Counted from the first letter of the stretch, positions 27,401-42,246 are shown. The stretch: 64,000 bases of DNA from Octopus vulgaris (GCA_951406725.2 OX597828.1:15066001-15130000); one strand, 5' to 3'. Numbers and translations: made by a program. The notes: a model not told the origin generated them from the letters alone.

Positions 27401-29439
27401 ATATCGATGACAACATACAAGTGGACAAGGATCCACATTATAACAATACTATTGTTTTAAAGTTGAATAATGGTGTTGTCCTAGATATACAAGCCTGGGA
27501 AAGAAGATTGGATAGTCATAATTGGAATGCTTTTGATCAACAGGAGCTAGGATGAAACTAAACAATAACACCATCTACCGTTGGTGCGAATATCTGATGC
27601 CGTATTTCATTATTATCTCATTGTTATTCACTAGATCAAATAAAGTCATTTAGAGCCCTCGTAGGAGTCTCTCTGCGAACCAGTACCTGAAAGATAATAC
27701 TGGTCTGGGTAAACTAAGGCAATGCAATATATAATATAAACTTTTCCATCTGGATACACAACGAAGCACATAGTAAACAGTGTAATCGCTTGCTCGGTAA
27801 ATGTAGCATTCTGTAACGTTCGTAAATTTGGATACGTTTGCATATTGAGAGGAGACGACAATCTTAAATTTCGAACAATGCTGCTCTTAATCAAAATTAA
27901 ATTAAAGCCTTTGCTAATAACACACATTATTGACGAGAAAACCTCTCAACAACACAATTTCATTGAATAAATTAAGGGTAGCTGATTCTTATTATATTTC
28001 TTAGAAACAATATCTCTTATGGGCCAATGTTGGAGAATATGTGCAGACACACGACCTACTAGAAATAGCAGTTAAATTTCCTTCAACTAACGTACCCTGC
28101 TGTCTTTTCAGGTGGTAAGAGTTAATCCGTTGCTCGGTTTGGTATCACCACAGGGCATTTGGATACCTTTATCGAATCCTACTCTTTCTCGCAAACATTC
28201 ACACCAAATCTCCGATCTAAAGATAACCCTGAAGGTGTTCTTCTTTTCACCAGTCTATGAAACCTTGCAAAAGAAAAGAGAGTCATATTGCACGGGCTGT
28301 CACGAATGTAACACAGTGAGTTGGAAACCTTCGATGTCAACTGAGATTATCTCCACAAATGGTAGACAAATACCCACTCTAGAAAAGTTTAAAATCTAAA
28401 AATAAGCACGGGAGGTAACTGTAGTAAAATCAACTGACTGAAATTTTTGGAAAATATACCCAATGCAGTTTGAGAGTGAATGCCTGAAAAAAAAATACTT
28501 ACAGTAAGGCTGGAGCGCTTTTTCATCATAGGTCATCAGGGCTGAGCAAAGACTAAACATCTCTAATTGAGTTAGTGTATGCTTATGTTCAAGATCTCCA
28601 ATGATTAATCCTAAGATCAACGCTTATCCCCAGATCTATAGTTGATAAGCGCATTCAAGATCAATAATCGTAGTGGACAGGATGCTAGACTATCTCTCGT
28701 AGCTTTCACATAAATATCGAACCAGTATCCGACCTTACACATAGTACGCAGCAGAACGCCAACAAAAGATCTGAACACAAAACCCGATATCATATCCACT
28801 CGGCTGTTTCTGAACGCAGCGAAAACAAATCTGACAAAGCATTATTTTTCTTTCTAAATCCCTGAAGCACTTTACATTTGAACAGTTATTGATCCAAAGA
28901 TTCCGCGTTGTGATATCGTGTTTGTTCTCCTGTCTCAGACAGTCTAATCCCATTATTCTTCAAGATCTTAATCTTAGCCTGAATATATGATGGATGGATT
29001 CTAGTCTTGATTGTATCAGTATCGGTGTGTTCCAGTTAGTATATCAACGAAACTACATATTCTCTTTGAACAGCTAATATGAAGTAGCCGAGTATTCCAT
29101 AAACATACGTATCTTTATAGCAATCTTCAAGCAGATCAGGGTACCTCTATTCATGGATACAGTGCCTCTGACGGGCTGCTATAGTTTCAGTAAACCTAAT
29201 ATCTCTAGACAGAGTCAATCGAGAAAATGGCCGAGAACACTTGACATCTACTCCAGTAAATTATAAAAATAAGTTAACTTGGCAACAGACACAAATTTGA
29301 AAGAGTAGAAAATAGCCAATGTTGAGTCAATCTCGGTATAACTGATAACTATTTTATCTGCCTCAGAGGGAAGAAAGGCAAAGTTAGTATGGTGGAATTT
29401 GAACACAGATTATGAATATTAAAATAGAAGTAATGAAAA

Positions 29440-29850
29440 GGCGGCGAGCTGGCAGACACGTTAGCACGCCGGGCGAAATGCTTAGCGGTAATTCGTCTGC
29501 GTTACGTTGTGAGTTCAAATTCCGCCGAGGTCGACTTTGCCTTTCATCCTTTCGGGGTCGATAAATTAAGTACTAGTTACGCACTGGGGTCGATGTAATC
29601 GACTTAATACCTATGTCTGTCCTTGTTTGTCCCCTCTGTGTTTAGCCCCTTGTGGGTAATAAAGAAATAGGTAATTCGTCTGTCGTTACGTTTCAAGTTC
29701 AAATTCCGCCGAGGTCGACTTTGCCTTTCATCCTTTCGGGGTCGATAAATAAAGTACCAGTTTCGCACTGGGTCGATGTAATCGACTTAATCCCTTTGTC
29801 TGTCCTTGTTTGTCCCCTCTATGTTTAGCTCCTTGTAGGCAGTAAAGAAA
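29440..29850 (+). mobile_element. Head-to-tail dimer of Nin-like SINE
   Basis: A full copy (29440-29670) is followed by a 5'-truncated, near-identical copy (29671-29850). Confidence 0.85.
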
Positions 29851-29955
29851 TATATTCATCTATCACCCCTTTCTTTCTCATTCATATGACACTCTCTTTG
29901 CCATTTATTTCCTCTACCTTCACCTCTCACTCTGGCTCTAGTGTATGCATGTATG

Positions 29956-30001
<46 letters not shown>

Positions 30002-30494
30002 GGCGGTGCCCCAGCATGGCCACAGCTCGTGAGCTGAAACTAGATAAAATTTTTTAAAATAAATAATAAAAAAATACTGAAGATAAGTTGTTAAAGTAAT
30101 ATGTTCATTTATCAATGAAATCTTGTTGCGTTTTTACCTATGTAACTAGTGTATTGCAATTATTCATACTCGTCCGCATTAAATGAATCGGTCAGCATTA
30201 AATGGCGCGCAAGTCTCTCCCTCCCCACCAAAAAATGACAAACAATAGAAAAGAAAACCAAATCGCTCAGTCCAATTTTAAACGTGTACTTTGAATTTGA
30301 TGCATAAAAAAAGGTAAGAAAAATGGATCGTGTAAAGCTCTAAAAAGAAATCAGTACCCGACAAAAATGAGATTAAGTTTTACTATCGCACCCATCTTAC
30401 ATTGAAGGTGAAATGTAGTGTGGTGGGGGTCCTACAGTTTTTGATGTTTTGAACGAATATGATCATTAAAACTGCCGGAAATGACTCGTTCTTT

Positions 30495-30955
30495 ATGTAA
30501 CCAGGAAAGACTTCCTCCTTCATTTTCTCTCCAATTTTTTTTCCAAGAACTCCATTTTCGGATACGGAGATTCCGGAAAATTGCCAAAAGTCGGCAGTTT
30601 GAAATTTCGCCACCCCACCCCCCTTCTCCCCTCCCCCGCCCCAATTTCTTCATTTTTCACTTTTTTCCGTAGCCCTAACCCTAACACCCTAACTGTAACT
30701 ACCAAAATTTTTGGAAATTTTTTTTCAGAATCATAATCTCCGTATTTTTCCGCATATTTTGAAAAAAGAAATTTCTGAAAAAAAGTTAAAAATGAAGAAA
30801 TTGAGGGGGAGGGGTAATTTCAAAATGCCGATTTTTATCAATTTTTTTTTTGCAGATTCGTATTCTCCGTAGCCGAAAATGGGGACTTGTGTAGAAAAAA
30901 ATAAAATAAAATGAAAAAAAGGTGGGGATACAAAGGAAGTCTTGCCGGTAATCAC
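30495..30955. mobile_element. Foldback element with imperfect long inverted repeats and a (CCCTAA)-like core
   Basis: Arm pairs: ggaaagacttcct / aggaagtcttgcc; ccattttcggatacggaga / tctccgtagccgaaaatgg; aatttcttcattttt / aaaaatgaagaaatt. Centre: ccctaaccctaacaccctaac. Confidence 0.75.
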
Positions 30956-31149
30956 TTTCCCCAACACTTACTGAAATGCTCTCTCTCTTTCTCTTCTACG
31001 GATCGTTGTGTTACCGTACGCAGATGTCGCTATTCATAACTGAATATCGCTGTAACACCGACTCATCAGCCTGTTCTAACCGGGACGACATATACCAAAA
31101 TACTGCTTCAATTGGTGAGATATGTCCCCTTTTCTCGGTAACCTCGTCA

Positions 31150-32520
31150 CCTGTGTGGCACGATATGTAGTCGTTCAGCTCTTGAAAGTCCCGTACCGGC
31201 CTGACCTTGTTTTTCGTTGGCTGCACCACAGCCATTAGCGGTAACACTCTGCTCTTTACTTCCTCCTTCCAAATGATTAAAATACTCTCCTCAATTATCT
31301 CTCCACCTCCTCCTCGAACTCACTCCTAGTATCTCCTTTGGAGGTATGCTGATTAACAACTTACCCTATTCCTCAATATTGCGGCTCTCCTTTCCAACGC
31401 CATTCAACCGTTCGCCGCTGACCGCCAAACACAGTCTGAAAATCCTTATCTACGATGATGTATGCAGCACATTTCTCTTCAGGGCTATCCCAACTCACCT
31501 GTTGCAGACTCGCGGCGCATGGTTCCCCCGCACCACAAAATGTAACCCCGTCTTCACTAATTGAGATTTCCTAAGCGGTCGATCATAACCATACTCATTA
31601 CCACATCTCCATACACATAGTCAATCACAATTGCTCGCAGCCTTATTTTTGCTCCACACACCACCATCTACATTTTACTGCTACCGCTAGATCTAATCGG
31701 ATTGCTATCAACTGCCCTTACACTACTCATCCCATTCCACTCTTTAGCCACCTTTGGGTCACTAAGGTCGTTGAACAGCCCGTGTCCACGAGGGTTATTA
31801 ACACCTTTTCCCTATCTAGAACCTCCAATATAGACAGCGAGTGTACGAGCGCCTCTACATGCTTGTATGAGTAGCTAGCGAGAGCAATAGGTTCCCTTTG
31901 ATCGTTTCCCTGGCTGCAGGTGCTGACGATATGTCCTGCCCGTTTGCACCTGTAGCAAATTGGTTCGAGCTTCGGTTCCCTGCAGTCCCTTGCCATATGC
32001 GGGCTCTGACACCTAAAACATTAGCCTTTAAACGGTCGCGATTGCTCCACAGAGGCTCTTCACTCCTCGGTATTCGTCGATTGCCGCAGCTGCCATTGCC
32101 ACTGCATTCTACCTGGCGTCTCGCGTCGACACATGAGACTGGGCGGGGAGTCCGATCATGGACATCATCTCGCTATCCGGCAACTGTTGCAGCCACACCA
32201 ATAACTCGTCGGGGAAACCATTCACGAACGTCAGGCGCACAGCCCTTTCCAGATTGTGTGGTCAACTTTTGAATTCCTGCCGCATACACATCCACATGCT
32301 CTCCCATCCATCTCGCCTTTCACAGTTAGGCAAACGCAGTGTACGAACTTTTTATGACCGCTTCCTTTAAGTGCTGTTTGATCTTCTCCGCCCCCAGTTG
32401 ATCTGCTTCGTCTATTTTCAGGTACAACGTGTTTCCCTCCAAATACAGAGAGACTTGTCACATCCTCAGTTCCTTGCAACCTGACCACCACCTTGATCTT
32501 CCGAATCCAGGCGATATCAT
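31150..32520 (-). mobile_element. Decayed Ty3/Gypsy LTR retrotransposon (gag-protease-RT start)
   Basis: CCHC knuckle CYRCKRAGHIVSTC preceded by a second knuckle (..HMARDC), protease LVDTGCSTT, RT start LPLMAVVQPTKNKVRPVRDFQELN. Confidence 0.85.
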
Positions 32521-32849
32521 AGTTTGTCTGTTATCAGTCCTTAGGCAGTGCCCTCCACTCCTCTAATTTCCCCAATGAAACAGAAAAATCGTAAATGGAT
32601 ACGAGACGAATATGTTTCTATATTATATTTATACTATGTAGTTATCTTTCTACCCCACAAAAGAACGATACGAGTGTGCGACTAATTGAGGCACTTGATG
32701 TTGAATTTTTTTTTTTCCTTTTTTATCTATTTTTCATTCTTTTTCCATTTTTTCTCCTGGTTTTGGATTGATATTTTTAATGTGGTTTTGTATTATGTTT
32801 CATATACACACACACGTGCTATATTCCAATAAAGGAGGAGCATACACCC

Positions 32850-32851
<2 letters not shown>

Positions 32852-32908
<57 letters not shown>
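32852..32908. repeat. (TAA)n microsatellite
   Basis: Direct inspection. Confidence 0.95.
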
Positions 32909-32909
<1 letters not shown>

Positions 32910-35900
32910 GCGAGTAATATATTCGTATTAAATTTGCGGGGTGGGGGGAATAACCCTGATTTAGAAGAAACTTCATAACTTGAAAGACAAGCTAATTTAA
33001 GAGGACGATACCAGAGATAGAAATAGAATACTTGAATACGTAAACCAAGAATATAATGCACAAAATAAAGAAGATAACAAAACAACAAAATCAAACGTTT
33101 GAACACGTACGGGATACTGACCAACACAAACCGGACAAGAACAAAGATGCGAATAAAAGGAAATATGAGAAAGATTTAAGAATAGAAAATTTCTAAAGAT
33201 GAGAATTATGAATATGATAATAACCTATATAGATGGAAATAGTTAAAGAATTAAAATCGATAGATCTTCCAATGGACCAACGAAATCTATCCTAAAAATA
33301 AACTTAACGATGAAATACTAACAATAAAAATGAGAGCCTGGCCATCGCAGACATATTGAAAATAGATACAAACCTCGTTATCACCAGATAAATGAAATAA
33401 TATATGCAAAGTGATAGCAGGTACAAAGGAAAATGGGTGTTTCCTTAGATCTACCCAGGCATAGGTGTGGCTGTGTGATTAAGAAACTCACTTTACAAAC
33501 ACGTGGCTTCGGATTCAGTCCCACATCGCGGCACTCTGACAAGTGTCTTCCACTATAGCACCGACCGACTAATGCTTTGTGAGTGAATTCGGTAGATGGA
33601 AACTGTGTAGAATCCCATAATACAAAAATGTACGTGTGTCTTCATTTGTTTCATACACTCACACACCGCTTGACAATGCGTTTGTCGGTTTGCATCCTTG
33701 TAACTTAGCAGTTCGGCAAAAGACACCGATAGAATGAGTACAAGACTTAATAATAAGTACTAGGGTTGATTAATTTGACTAAACCCCTCAAGATGGTGCA
33801 ATAGCATGTCCTCAGTTCAATGACTGAAACAAGTTAAGAAAAGATTTAGTAATATTGAAACCTAACCAACATGGTAAACAAGTATACAGACAAATAAAAC
33901 ATCTCTCAATACTTAAATGAAATCAATAAAGAAAAGACACAAAAATGAAAGACAAATACTACAGAAATATACCATAAAAAATACTTATAATCAAAGAATG
34001 GTCGAAACAATAGATTCTCATTAAATTACAAAGAATCTGCCGTTATAAAAAAAACAATAACTGTTTGTGTTCTCTTTGAATAACACAAACAGCTAGACTC
34101 CAACCCAAGGACGAAGTAAACATAAAACAGAAATCAATACAGCACCAACAAGAGAAGTAGAAGAATTCTAGGGGGAAGTAAAGGCAGCAACGGAATCACT
34201 ACGGATGAGATCCCTAAAACAACAAACTAAACATTTGAATAATTGTAAGGAGGCCTCGTCATTCTAGTTATTAAACTAAACAATGCAAAATATAAAACAG
34301 GAAGGCACCAAGATATAATGGTTTCAAATTTTGACACACAGCCACCAATTTTAGGGTCAGGGGTTAGAAGGTTATATTGATCCCACTGCTTGGAATTTGA
34401 ACTGAGAACATAAATAACTAATAGAAATGCTGCGAAGCATTTTGTCTGACTCCCTAACAATTGTGCCAGCTCAACACCTAAAAACAAACGGTCAATTACC
34501 ATCTGCACCAAAAGTGCTACACCATACCAAGAATTAATAAAATCCCAAAATTTCTGGTTAAAATATTTAACAAGGACATATAAAAAAATATGTAATAGCA
34601 TGCTATAAAAGAACCAGAATCATCTGATTGTTACACTGTCTTAAACTCTAAGTCAAAAGAAACAGCATACCCTAAAAACTAAACCCATTAACTGCCTTCC
34701 TACAAATTTCAAAGCCTTAACTGCAAGGTAAAGAAATACAAAAGCAACTTATTTCTTCCAGAATAACAGCAAGGGTACCCCCAAAGGTTTCATATGTAAG
34801 AATCAATTACTGATGAGCAAAATCATATAGAAGAAGGTTCTGAACAGGGTAGAGACTGATTACAAGAACAAAAGGTTTTGATAGTGTTACCCACATGCAG
34901 ATCCTGGAAACACTAATAAAGTAATATCAATACAAAGTTAGATTAAACACATCATGAGTAAATAGCAAACAATTCCATAGATACAGACAAAAAGATGGAA
35001 TTATAAAACTAGCTCAATCTCTCAAAAGAAATTATTCCAAAAGTCGATCTCACCCTACCCACTTTTCTGTCAGGAATTAATACCATTAATGAATATTGGA
35101 TATAACTGCTATTGGGGGGGACAATCAGTTATCTTTAGTATATGGATTCTATAAATAGTAAACAACTAGAGACACTGCTATAGATAGTACAAAGATATAC
35201 AAGTGGAACTGAGGTGATATTCAACAAAAATATGTGATAAGGCTGCTTTGAAGAGAGAAAAATTAAGAATACTAATGTTAAATAATGAGAGAGAGACACA
35301 CACAGAGAAATAACAGATTAAACACAAGATTAACAAATTCTTTGGAATCAATGAATTAGACATAGGAGACTACACACAAACCAAAGAAAATATTTGGTAG
35401 GAATATTAGAGATACATTAGATTAATATTTAAAACAGAGCAAAATGCAAAATTGTGAATAATAATGTTGCATAAATACGGAAGATGTCTCAGAAATAAGT
35501 TAGTTATATTCTCAACAAGCCATAAAGATAGACAGGAAAAAAAAACAAAACAAAAATTATTGTATTTAAAATACACCACCCAAAATTTGACAGTCTATTT
35601 ATAAATACAAAGTAGTAAGGGCTACCTACAATAAAATACTCTTATAAAATATCCACTATAGCACTCCAAAAATAACTAGTAAAAGATGGAAAAACTAACA
35701 TAAATTTCAAAACAAGAACAAACTAGAACTATTTTCTCTTTCCAAGGAAACCAGCAAAAATCATGAACTGTAGACTAAGCTAAAACGAAATTAAAACAAT
35801 GGTTAGAAAAACTCCTACATCTTAGAAAAAAATCCCCTGTGGGGAATAGTCAACGAAAAACTACATACTGGCTAAGAAGTATGAAACCAAAGGATTTTGA

Positions 35901-36450
35901 TTAATATATAGGATGAAAACCTTCCCACTAGAAACTACCTAAAGCATATGTTGAAGCAGAATATTATCAACAACAAAAAAACTATAGAGTTATGGTTTGC
36001 ATGCACTGAAAATTATGCCAGCATTATGAAGTACCAACAGAAAGGAAATTGTATAAACATGCACCAGAAGTTTCAAAGACTGACAAAGCAACTTTATTCA
36101 GAGAAATGCCAATACACACAAACAAAGAGATCGAGGTTAATCAAATGAATATTGTTTTCAAGAACAACAATGAAAGGAAATGTCTCCTGACATTTGGAAG
36201 TACATTATTGTCCCAAAGGACAATAATTATCCAACTATAAAGATATAGAGATAACCAGAATGTGGGCATTGAAAACAGAAACAATCCCTATACAAAGAGA
36301 TACCTTGAAAATAATTTTAAATTATGCACATGATACTGCACACAAACAGAGTATTCAATAGAAGACACTGCATGTGCACAAGACAGCTGCACTCAATTGT
36401 GCAATAAGAATTCTAAAAATGAGACTGCTAAAATAATGATGATAATGATT
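32910..36450 (+). mobile_element. Highly decayed Dong/R4-like (RLE) non-LTR retrotransposon, with a SINE inserted at about 33460-33845
   Basis: Ordered broken motifs: KPINCLPTNFKALT (about 34680), CKNQLLMSKI (about 34800), DYK..FDSV.H (about 34860), ISYL.YMD (about 35125), HHPK.D (about 35575), IEITRMWALKTETIP (about 36250). Ends in an (AAT/GAT) run. Confidence 0.7.
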
Positions 36451-36929
36451 TCTTAATTTGCCAAAAGGGCATGAAGGGACATTACAAGGACAAATTTTAA
36501 AACCAGTGGGGTTTTACACAGAATCAATGATGAAAAAGATATGAAAAACAACAGGATATAAAAGGAATGAAATGGGACGCTTCAAGCTGAGAGTTTAGCC
36601 ATCAAGGTCAATGAAGAAATTCCATAGATTCTGACTACCAAGGGCTATGTTCTCTGGCCTACATGCACATTCTGAGAGTAGATTTATTCACATTCAATGT
36701 TCTTATCCACCTTTCATCAAATTCACTGGAAGGTAACATCTCCTTTTCTACTCTTTTTTCCCCTCCAAGTTAATGAACAGTTAACCAAAAAGGAAAGAGT
36801 CTGTTTAGTCCTTTTGGTCTTTTTCATACAATCACATTTGCCATAAGCACCAGTTAGTGGAAAACTGCTTTCCCATTTCAGTCAAAGGAAGGTGGTGGCG
36901 TGATCCAATGCATGAAAAACAGAAAGACT

Positions 36930-37250
36930 GCATAAAGAGCTTCAATGCTAGCAAATATCAGCAATTAATAAATAAAGCAATATTAGAATAGTATGGACAG
37001 AATTATGATCTACATATTGCCTGGATAGATTACAAAAAGCCTACCACAGTATCTTGTATTCATGAATTATGAATCACTGGAAATTTCTAAATTATCACCA
37101 ATGGTTACAAGGTTTATGAAAGTTGGTATGAGATTGAGAACAAAAATATTTAATCTGAGGGAAGGAATTCTAAAATCAGATACAATTTACATCAGAAATG
37201 GGGTGTTTCAGATTTCCCTATCATCACTGCTCTGGCTCTCACTTTTCATT
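36930..37250 (+). mobile_element. Second Dong/R4-like RT fragment
   Basis: DLHIAWIDYKK and IYIRNGVFQ.SLS match the AWIDYKKAFD and GIFQGDSLSP motifs. Confidence 0.65.
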
Positions 37251-38093
37251 GAGTACATCCCTAAATTCTACAGAGTGTGTAGAACCAAGATATGCTACTT
37301 GCTGCTATATAAAGGCAGTGCTGATAAGAGAGTGTGATAGCCATAGTATTTATCAGGGATCCCATCACTAATTAAAAAAATGACAAGTACAGAAAAAATT
37401 TTCTTTTGTAGGTGGTAAGTATAGTTTGTGTGTGTGTGTATAGCAGTTAGTTTTCTAATATACATATCAAATAAAACCATCCTTCTGCATTCAGTGAATT
37501 TCAAAATAATCAATGATACAGTAATATGTTTACATATATTACCAGGGGTCCCAGCTATGTTATACACGCGAATATATTGAAAACATCAAACTAAATGTCA
37601 GTTCAAAGACACAGCCAGAAAACGGTTTCCAGCTTGTAAATCAATATAAATTTTGGGATTGACAATCAAAGCAGGCTGACCAACTCAGTAAACACTGACA
37701 ACAAATTCATAGCAATTATCTGATATTAAAATGAACTTTATGCTTGTGAACAACATATGACATTCATGATCGGTGTTCCACCCCTTGCATGACCAGATAT
37801 ATCATGATTACATCATGATAGGTTGCACCCTATTTTACAAAACAACTCAGTCATTAACTTCATCAACCAATGAGTGATTATTAGTGTTTCTACTCTGAAG
37901 AACCAACTTCCCTTTCCAACTAACCTTCACATAGAGTTGAACTGTCACAGCACACATCATGCATTTTTCTATCACCACAGAGTTAAAAAAAAATCCTAAT
38001 TTATTAAGATTAGACATGCTCACTCTCATACACATCTCTCTCTCCACATACACACATATATTTGGAGATATATGGTACATATATAGATATATG

Positions 38094-38400
38094 TGAGGCG
38101 CAATGGCCCAGTGGTTAGAACAGTGAAATCGCAGTTGCAGAATCGTGGTTTCGATTCCCAGACCGGGCGTTGTGAGTGTTTATTGAGCGAAAACACCTAA
38201 AGCTCCACGAGGCTCCGGCAGGGCGTTGTGGTGATCCCTGCTGTACACTTTCACCACAACTCTCTCTCACTCTTTCTTCTGTTGGCCTGCTTGCTTAGCC
38301 AGCGGGGTGGCATCATTTGAAGGCTAAAACAATGCGAAGCGCATTGTGACCAGCGATGTGTAGCAACATCTGATAGCCTGGTCGGTCACAGTCATGGTGA
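38094..38400 (+). mobile_element. tRNA-derived SINE (second family)
   Basis: A/B boxes and body shared with the 15393 copy. Confidence 0.8.
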
Positions 38401-39404
38401 TATAGATATATATATATGCACACCCCTCATATATAAAAAGTAAAAGACTAGTATCGTATTTGATGGCATAAAAGATGCATGACCATAATAGAGGCAACCC
38501 AGTGTCAGCAGTGCATATTTAGGGGGAAAAGCTTTCAGTGCATTAAAGCTTATAATGTAGATCCAACATTACATATAGAATCCAGAGTAAATTTTTTAAG
38601 ACATATTTTTAGAAAAAGTGTCTCATATGCCATCAAATAGAAGTGACTTTCTGTTAGTTTCAACAGTTAGTGTTCTAGTTGTTCAATAGTGTAAGTAGCT
38701 GAAAATTCCAGACAAATATACTCTTCATGTAATCCTTTGATAGAATCAGAATGACGCAAGGCTGGCCCTTTCAATGGCAGGTATAGTCTAATCAAATACT
38801 TACAGTTTCTAAGCTACCAAATTTCCCTCGCAGAACATAGGTTAATATATGTGAGTGTATGTGCATGTGTGTATTCATGCACATACAAAAAGTTACAGTG
38901 GCTCTGAAATTTCATGAATTTGCTTTTCCAAAGTATAATACACACACACTTGTGTGTGTATTATACTTTGGTAGTGGCTAGACAACAACCTTTTGTATTG
39001 ACACCAAGATTAAATGCACCTGGTGCATTTTGTAAAGTGATTGCTGATAAGAAGTGCATCCTACTACAGAAAACATCAAAAACAGAATGTATGAGTTAGT
39101 CAAGCCCCTAATCCATACAGGAGGGCTATAATTCCGAATAAGAATTGACTGGGTCCATAACAAATTCAACTGAAATCAGCATGGAAAAGCAGACACCTGA
39201 TGATGGGCATGGAAAAGCAGACACCTGATGATGGTATGCACATCACTTCTTGGACAAGGGTCTTATATTGGCATTTTAGATATACTTTATGCTTTGTAAA
39301 TATTTACTAACAACCCATGATAAAATATTGATTTAATTGAACTATCTGCTACTTGCTATTTATAGACATTCTACAACATTCAGTCAACATAGCCACCACC
39401 CGTT

Positions 39405-39800
39405 TACTCTTTTATTCTTTCACTTGTTTCAGTCATTTGACTGTGGCCATGCTGGAGCACCGCCTTTACTTGAGCATACCAACCCCAGGACTTATTCTTC
39501 GTAAGCCTAGTACTTATTATATTGGTCTCTTTTGCCAAACCGCTAAGTTACGGGGACATAAACACACCAACATTGGTTGTCAAGCGATGTTGGGGGGACA
39601 AACACAGACACACACACATATATATATACATATATATGATGGGCTTCTTTCAGTTTCTGTCTACCAAATCCACTCACAAGGCTTTGTCGGCCCAAGGTTA
39701 TAGTAGAAGACACTTGCCCAAGGTGCCACGCAGTGGGACTGAACCTGAATCATGTGGTTGGTTAGCAAGCTACTTACCACACAGCCACTCCTACGCCTAC
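39405..39800 (-). mobile_element. Full-length tRNA-derived SINE
   Basis: Reverse complement of the family at 1362, head through tail. Confidence 0.8.
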
Positions 39801-42246
39801 CATTAACAAATAAGATTTCTTAACGCTGAAATTTTTGTTTATAAAATTTTTACCTCTTGGACTGGACTTGGCCAACTACAAACATTCCAGTAGTTAGTAG
39901 AAAAATGTATGTGCAAGCTTATTAAGTACAGAAATGTATGTCTGGGGATAGGAAAGAATCCAACAGACTATAATAGTCCTAAATAGGGCAATAAAAGCTT
40001 GCTTAGCAGAAATACAATAAAGTGGAACTCATGCATTAAACAATACAGACCCAGAAACAAGTGAATGTGGAAGCCTTTATAAAGTCACTCAATATGCTTG
40101 AAATAGCAACCATTTGTTGTCCTCAGTGCTTGAAAAGTAGATAGGATAGCAACAGTTGCAAAATCTTTAATCATTGGTCTACTCAGTCAGAGTTAAGTCT
40201 GGGTTAAATAACAGCAATCTATGTGGCACAGGTCTACTGGATTGAAGCTGACCCAGGGTTAAAGAACAACAATCAAAAGTAAGATACATGTAAAACGAAT
40301 ATATTTTTCCTACTCTCTACTTGAAGAGCTGAAAGCAGATTAGATGAGAATGGTTTTCCTCTTTAGTATAGTAAGGTTTATGCTATCTCTCTTCAATGAA
40401 CCAACCTGATGCCCATGAATAAAGATTTAAAAAGGTATCAGAATGAAATAATTTCTAGCACACCAGATAAACCATCTTCAAATAGTCACAGCCAAAGAAG
40501 AGTAACATTCAGCTAATGGAATCAAACATAAACCTTAAGTAGGGGAGATGGAACCAACAACTTAAGAGTCGTTCCTAAAAGTCATGCCAAAGTGTACAAC
40601 AGCTTTTATGGTAATATTTTTTGAAACTAGCTCACCTGAGACTGCCTCTGGTGCTCATAAATTAAAACTGTTACAATTTTATGCACAAACCATTTGTTCA
40701 GTTCTGTTCCAAATACTAATTGAATAATAAAAAAGAAGTTAGTTATTTGACTAAATACTACCTCATCTTAAAGAAAACTGTTCCTTTGAAAATTAATTAA
40801 AACTCATAGGCAATATATTTCAAAAGAATTATCGAACCAAAATAAAAATTTAAAAAAGAAAAGTAACTAAAGTAAAAATTTATGTTTAGAAAACAATTCT
40901 TTTGCTCTATTCTATTTAATTACTGGATCCAACTTACAATAGCAACTCAGAATTTCTGTGTTATTAGAAGTGGCAGAATTCACATTCAATTGCAATATAT
41001 TAATGCTATAGCATGGATTTTTTTTTTTTTTTTTTTTTTTTGCACCTGCAATCTTAATTAGAAGAAAATAAGTCTTTGCTTGTTTTGTTTTTTTTTCCTT
41101 CTTGCACTGGCAAACCTAATTTTTTCCTGAACTGCTCAAATTTTTAATAAACCCAACAAAAAGAAGCACCCAACATAGTAGAGAAAAAATGCATTATATT
41201 TGTGTAATTAAAACAAAAATGAATTTTATAATAAAATGTAAGCTCTTTAAAAACAAAAGGTGGGATTTTTCTTTTAAGAATTAATGAAATAATTGACTCC
41301 TTCCCACTGTTCCTTTTAAATGTTTTACAGTTTTCATTTTCATCCAATTCTGTTTTCAATTCAGAAACTGAATTTGTATTATATTCTTTCAGGCATGATA
41401 AAATAAATGCAAGTTATATTTTAAATTTTATAGGATACAATTGTTCAGCTTCCTCCTAGCAACCAACAAACATCCACTATCTGTGCCACAATCATTGGTT
41501 TAATATCCACTTTTCCATACTTGCAAAGGTTCGATGGAGTTCTTTAAGGCAGATTTTCTATAGTCAGATGTCATTCCTGTCACCAACTCTCAGCCGTTTC
41601 CAAGCAAGGTAAATATTTCCCCATAGCTACTGCATGTTTACACAGATATTTCAAAAATTAATGACATTGCTTGTACGATACTGACACTCATTTACAATCA
41701 TCACACAATACCAAAACCAGGAGACACAAACATATACACACCCACACACAAATATATATGCATTATTGTCTACCAAATCTGCTCACAAGACTTTGGTTGG
41801 CCTAGGGCTATAGAATACACTTGCTCAATATACCAAGCAATGGGACTGAAACTATGGTAGGGAAGCAAACTTCTTAACCACACTGTCATGCCTGCACACA
41901 CACACACACACACATGTGCAAGCAAAACACATTAGGAAGTATGAATAGTATTAATACCAAAATAATATCAATTTACCAGATACACAGCATTATGTTTCAG
42001 TTACTTCAAATTCATCAGTGGAGGGGAGTTAAGGACATATAGGGAGATTCTTTTATATAAATACTATGTCATCAATGTCGAGATTGAAACAGAAATCAAA
42101 GCAGAGTGCTGTGTTTCTGATAAATTCATATTAAATATTTGAACTTTCTCATGTAATTTGTATATCATTATTTGTGTATGTGTGTGTGAGTGTGTTATAT
42201 TAAATTTCTGAGTGAGATATAAACAGTAGCAGTACGGAACCATAAC

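Noticed and set aside
30672-30693. Interstitial telomere or chromosome-fusion scar (also 60885-60908)
   Set aside because: Only about three imperfect units, each inside a foldback element, so it is treated as an element core.
39179-39234. Short perfect tandem duplication (gcatggaaaagcagacacctgatgatgg x2)
   Set aside because: A local duplication in a decayed SINE tail. The CTGATGA has no accompanying GAAA or stems.
40946-40963. Possible 18-nt minus-strand microexon (cag|AAATTCTGAGTTGCTATT|gtaagt)
   Set aside because: Weak pyrimidine tract; such matches are expected by chance without transcript data.
41982-42022. CTGATGA...GAAAC on the minus strand
   Set aside because: Stems I and II do not pair convincingly and the cleavage triplet is broken. 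At most a relic.
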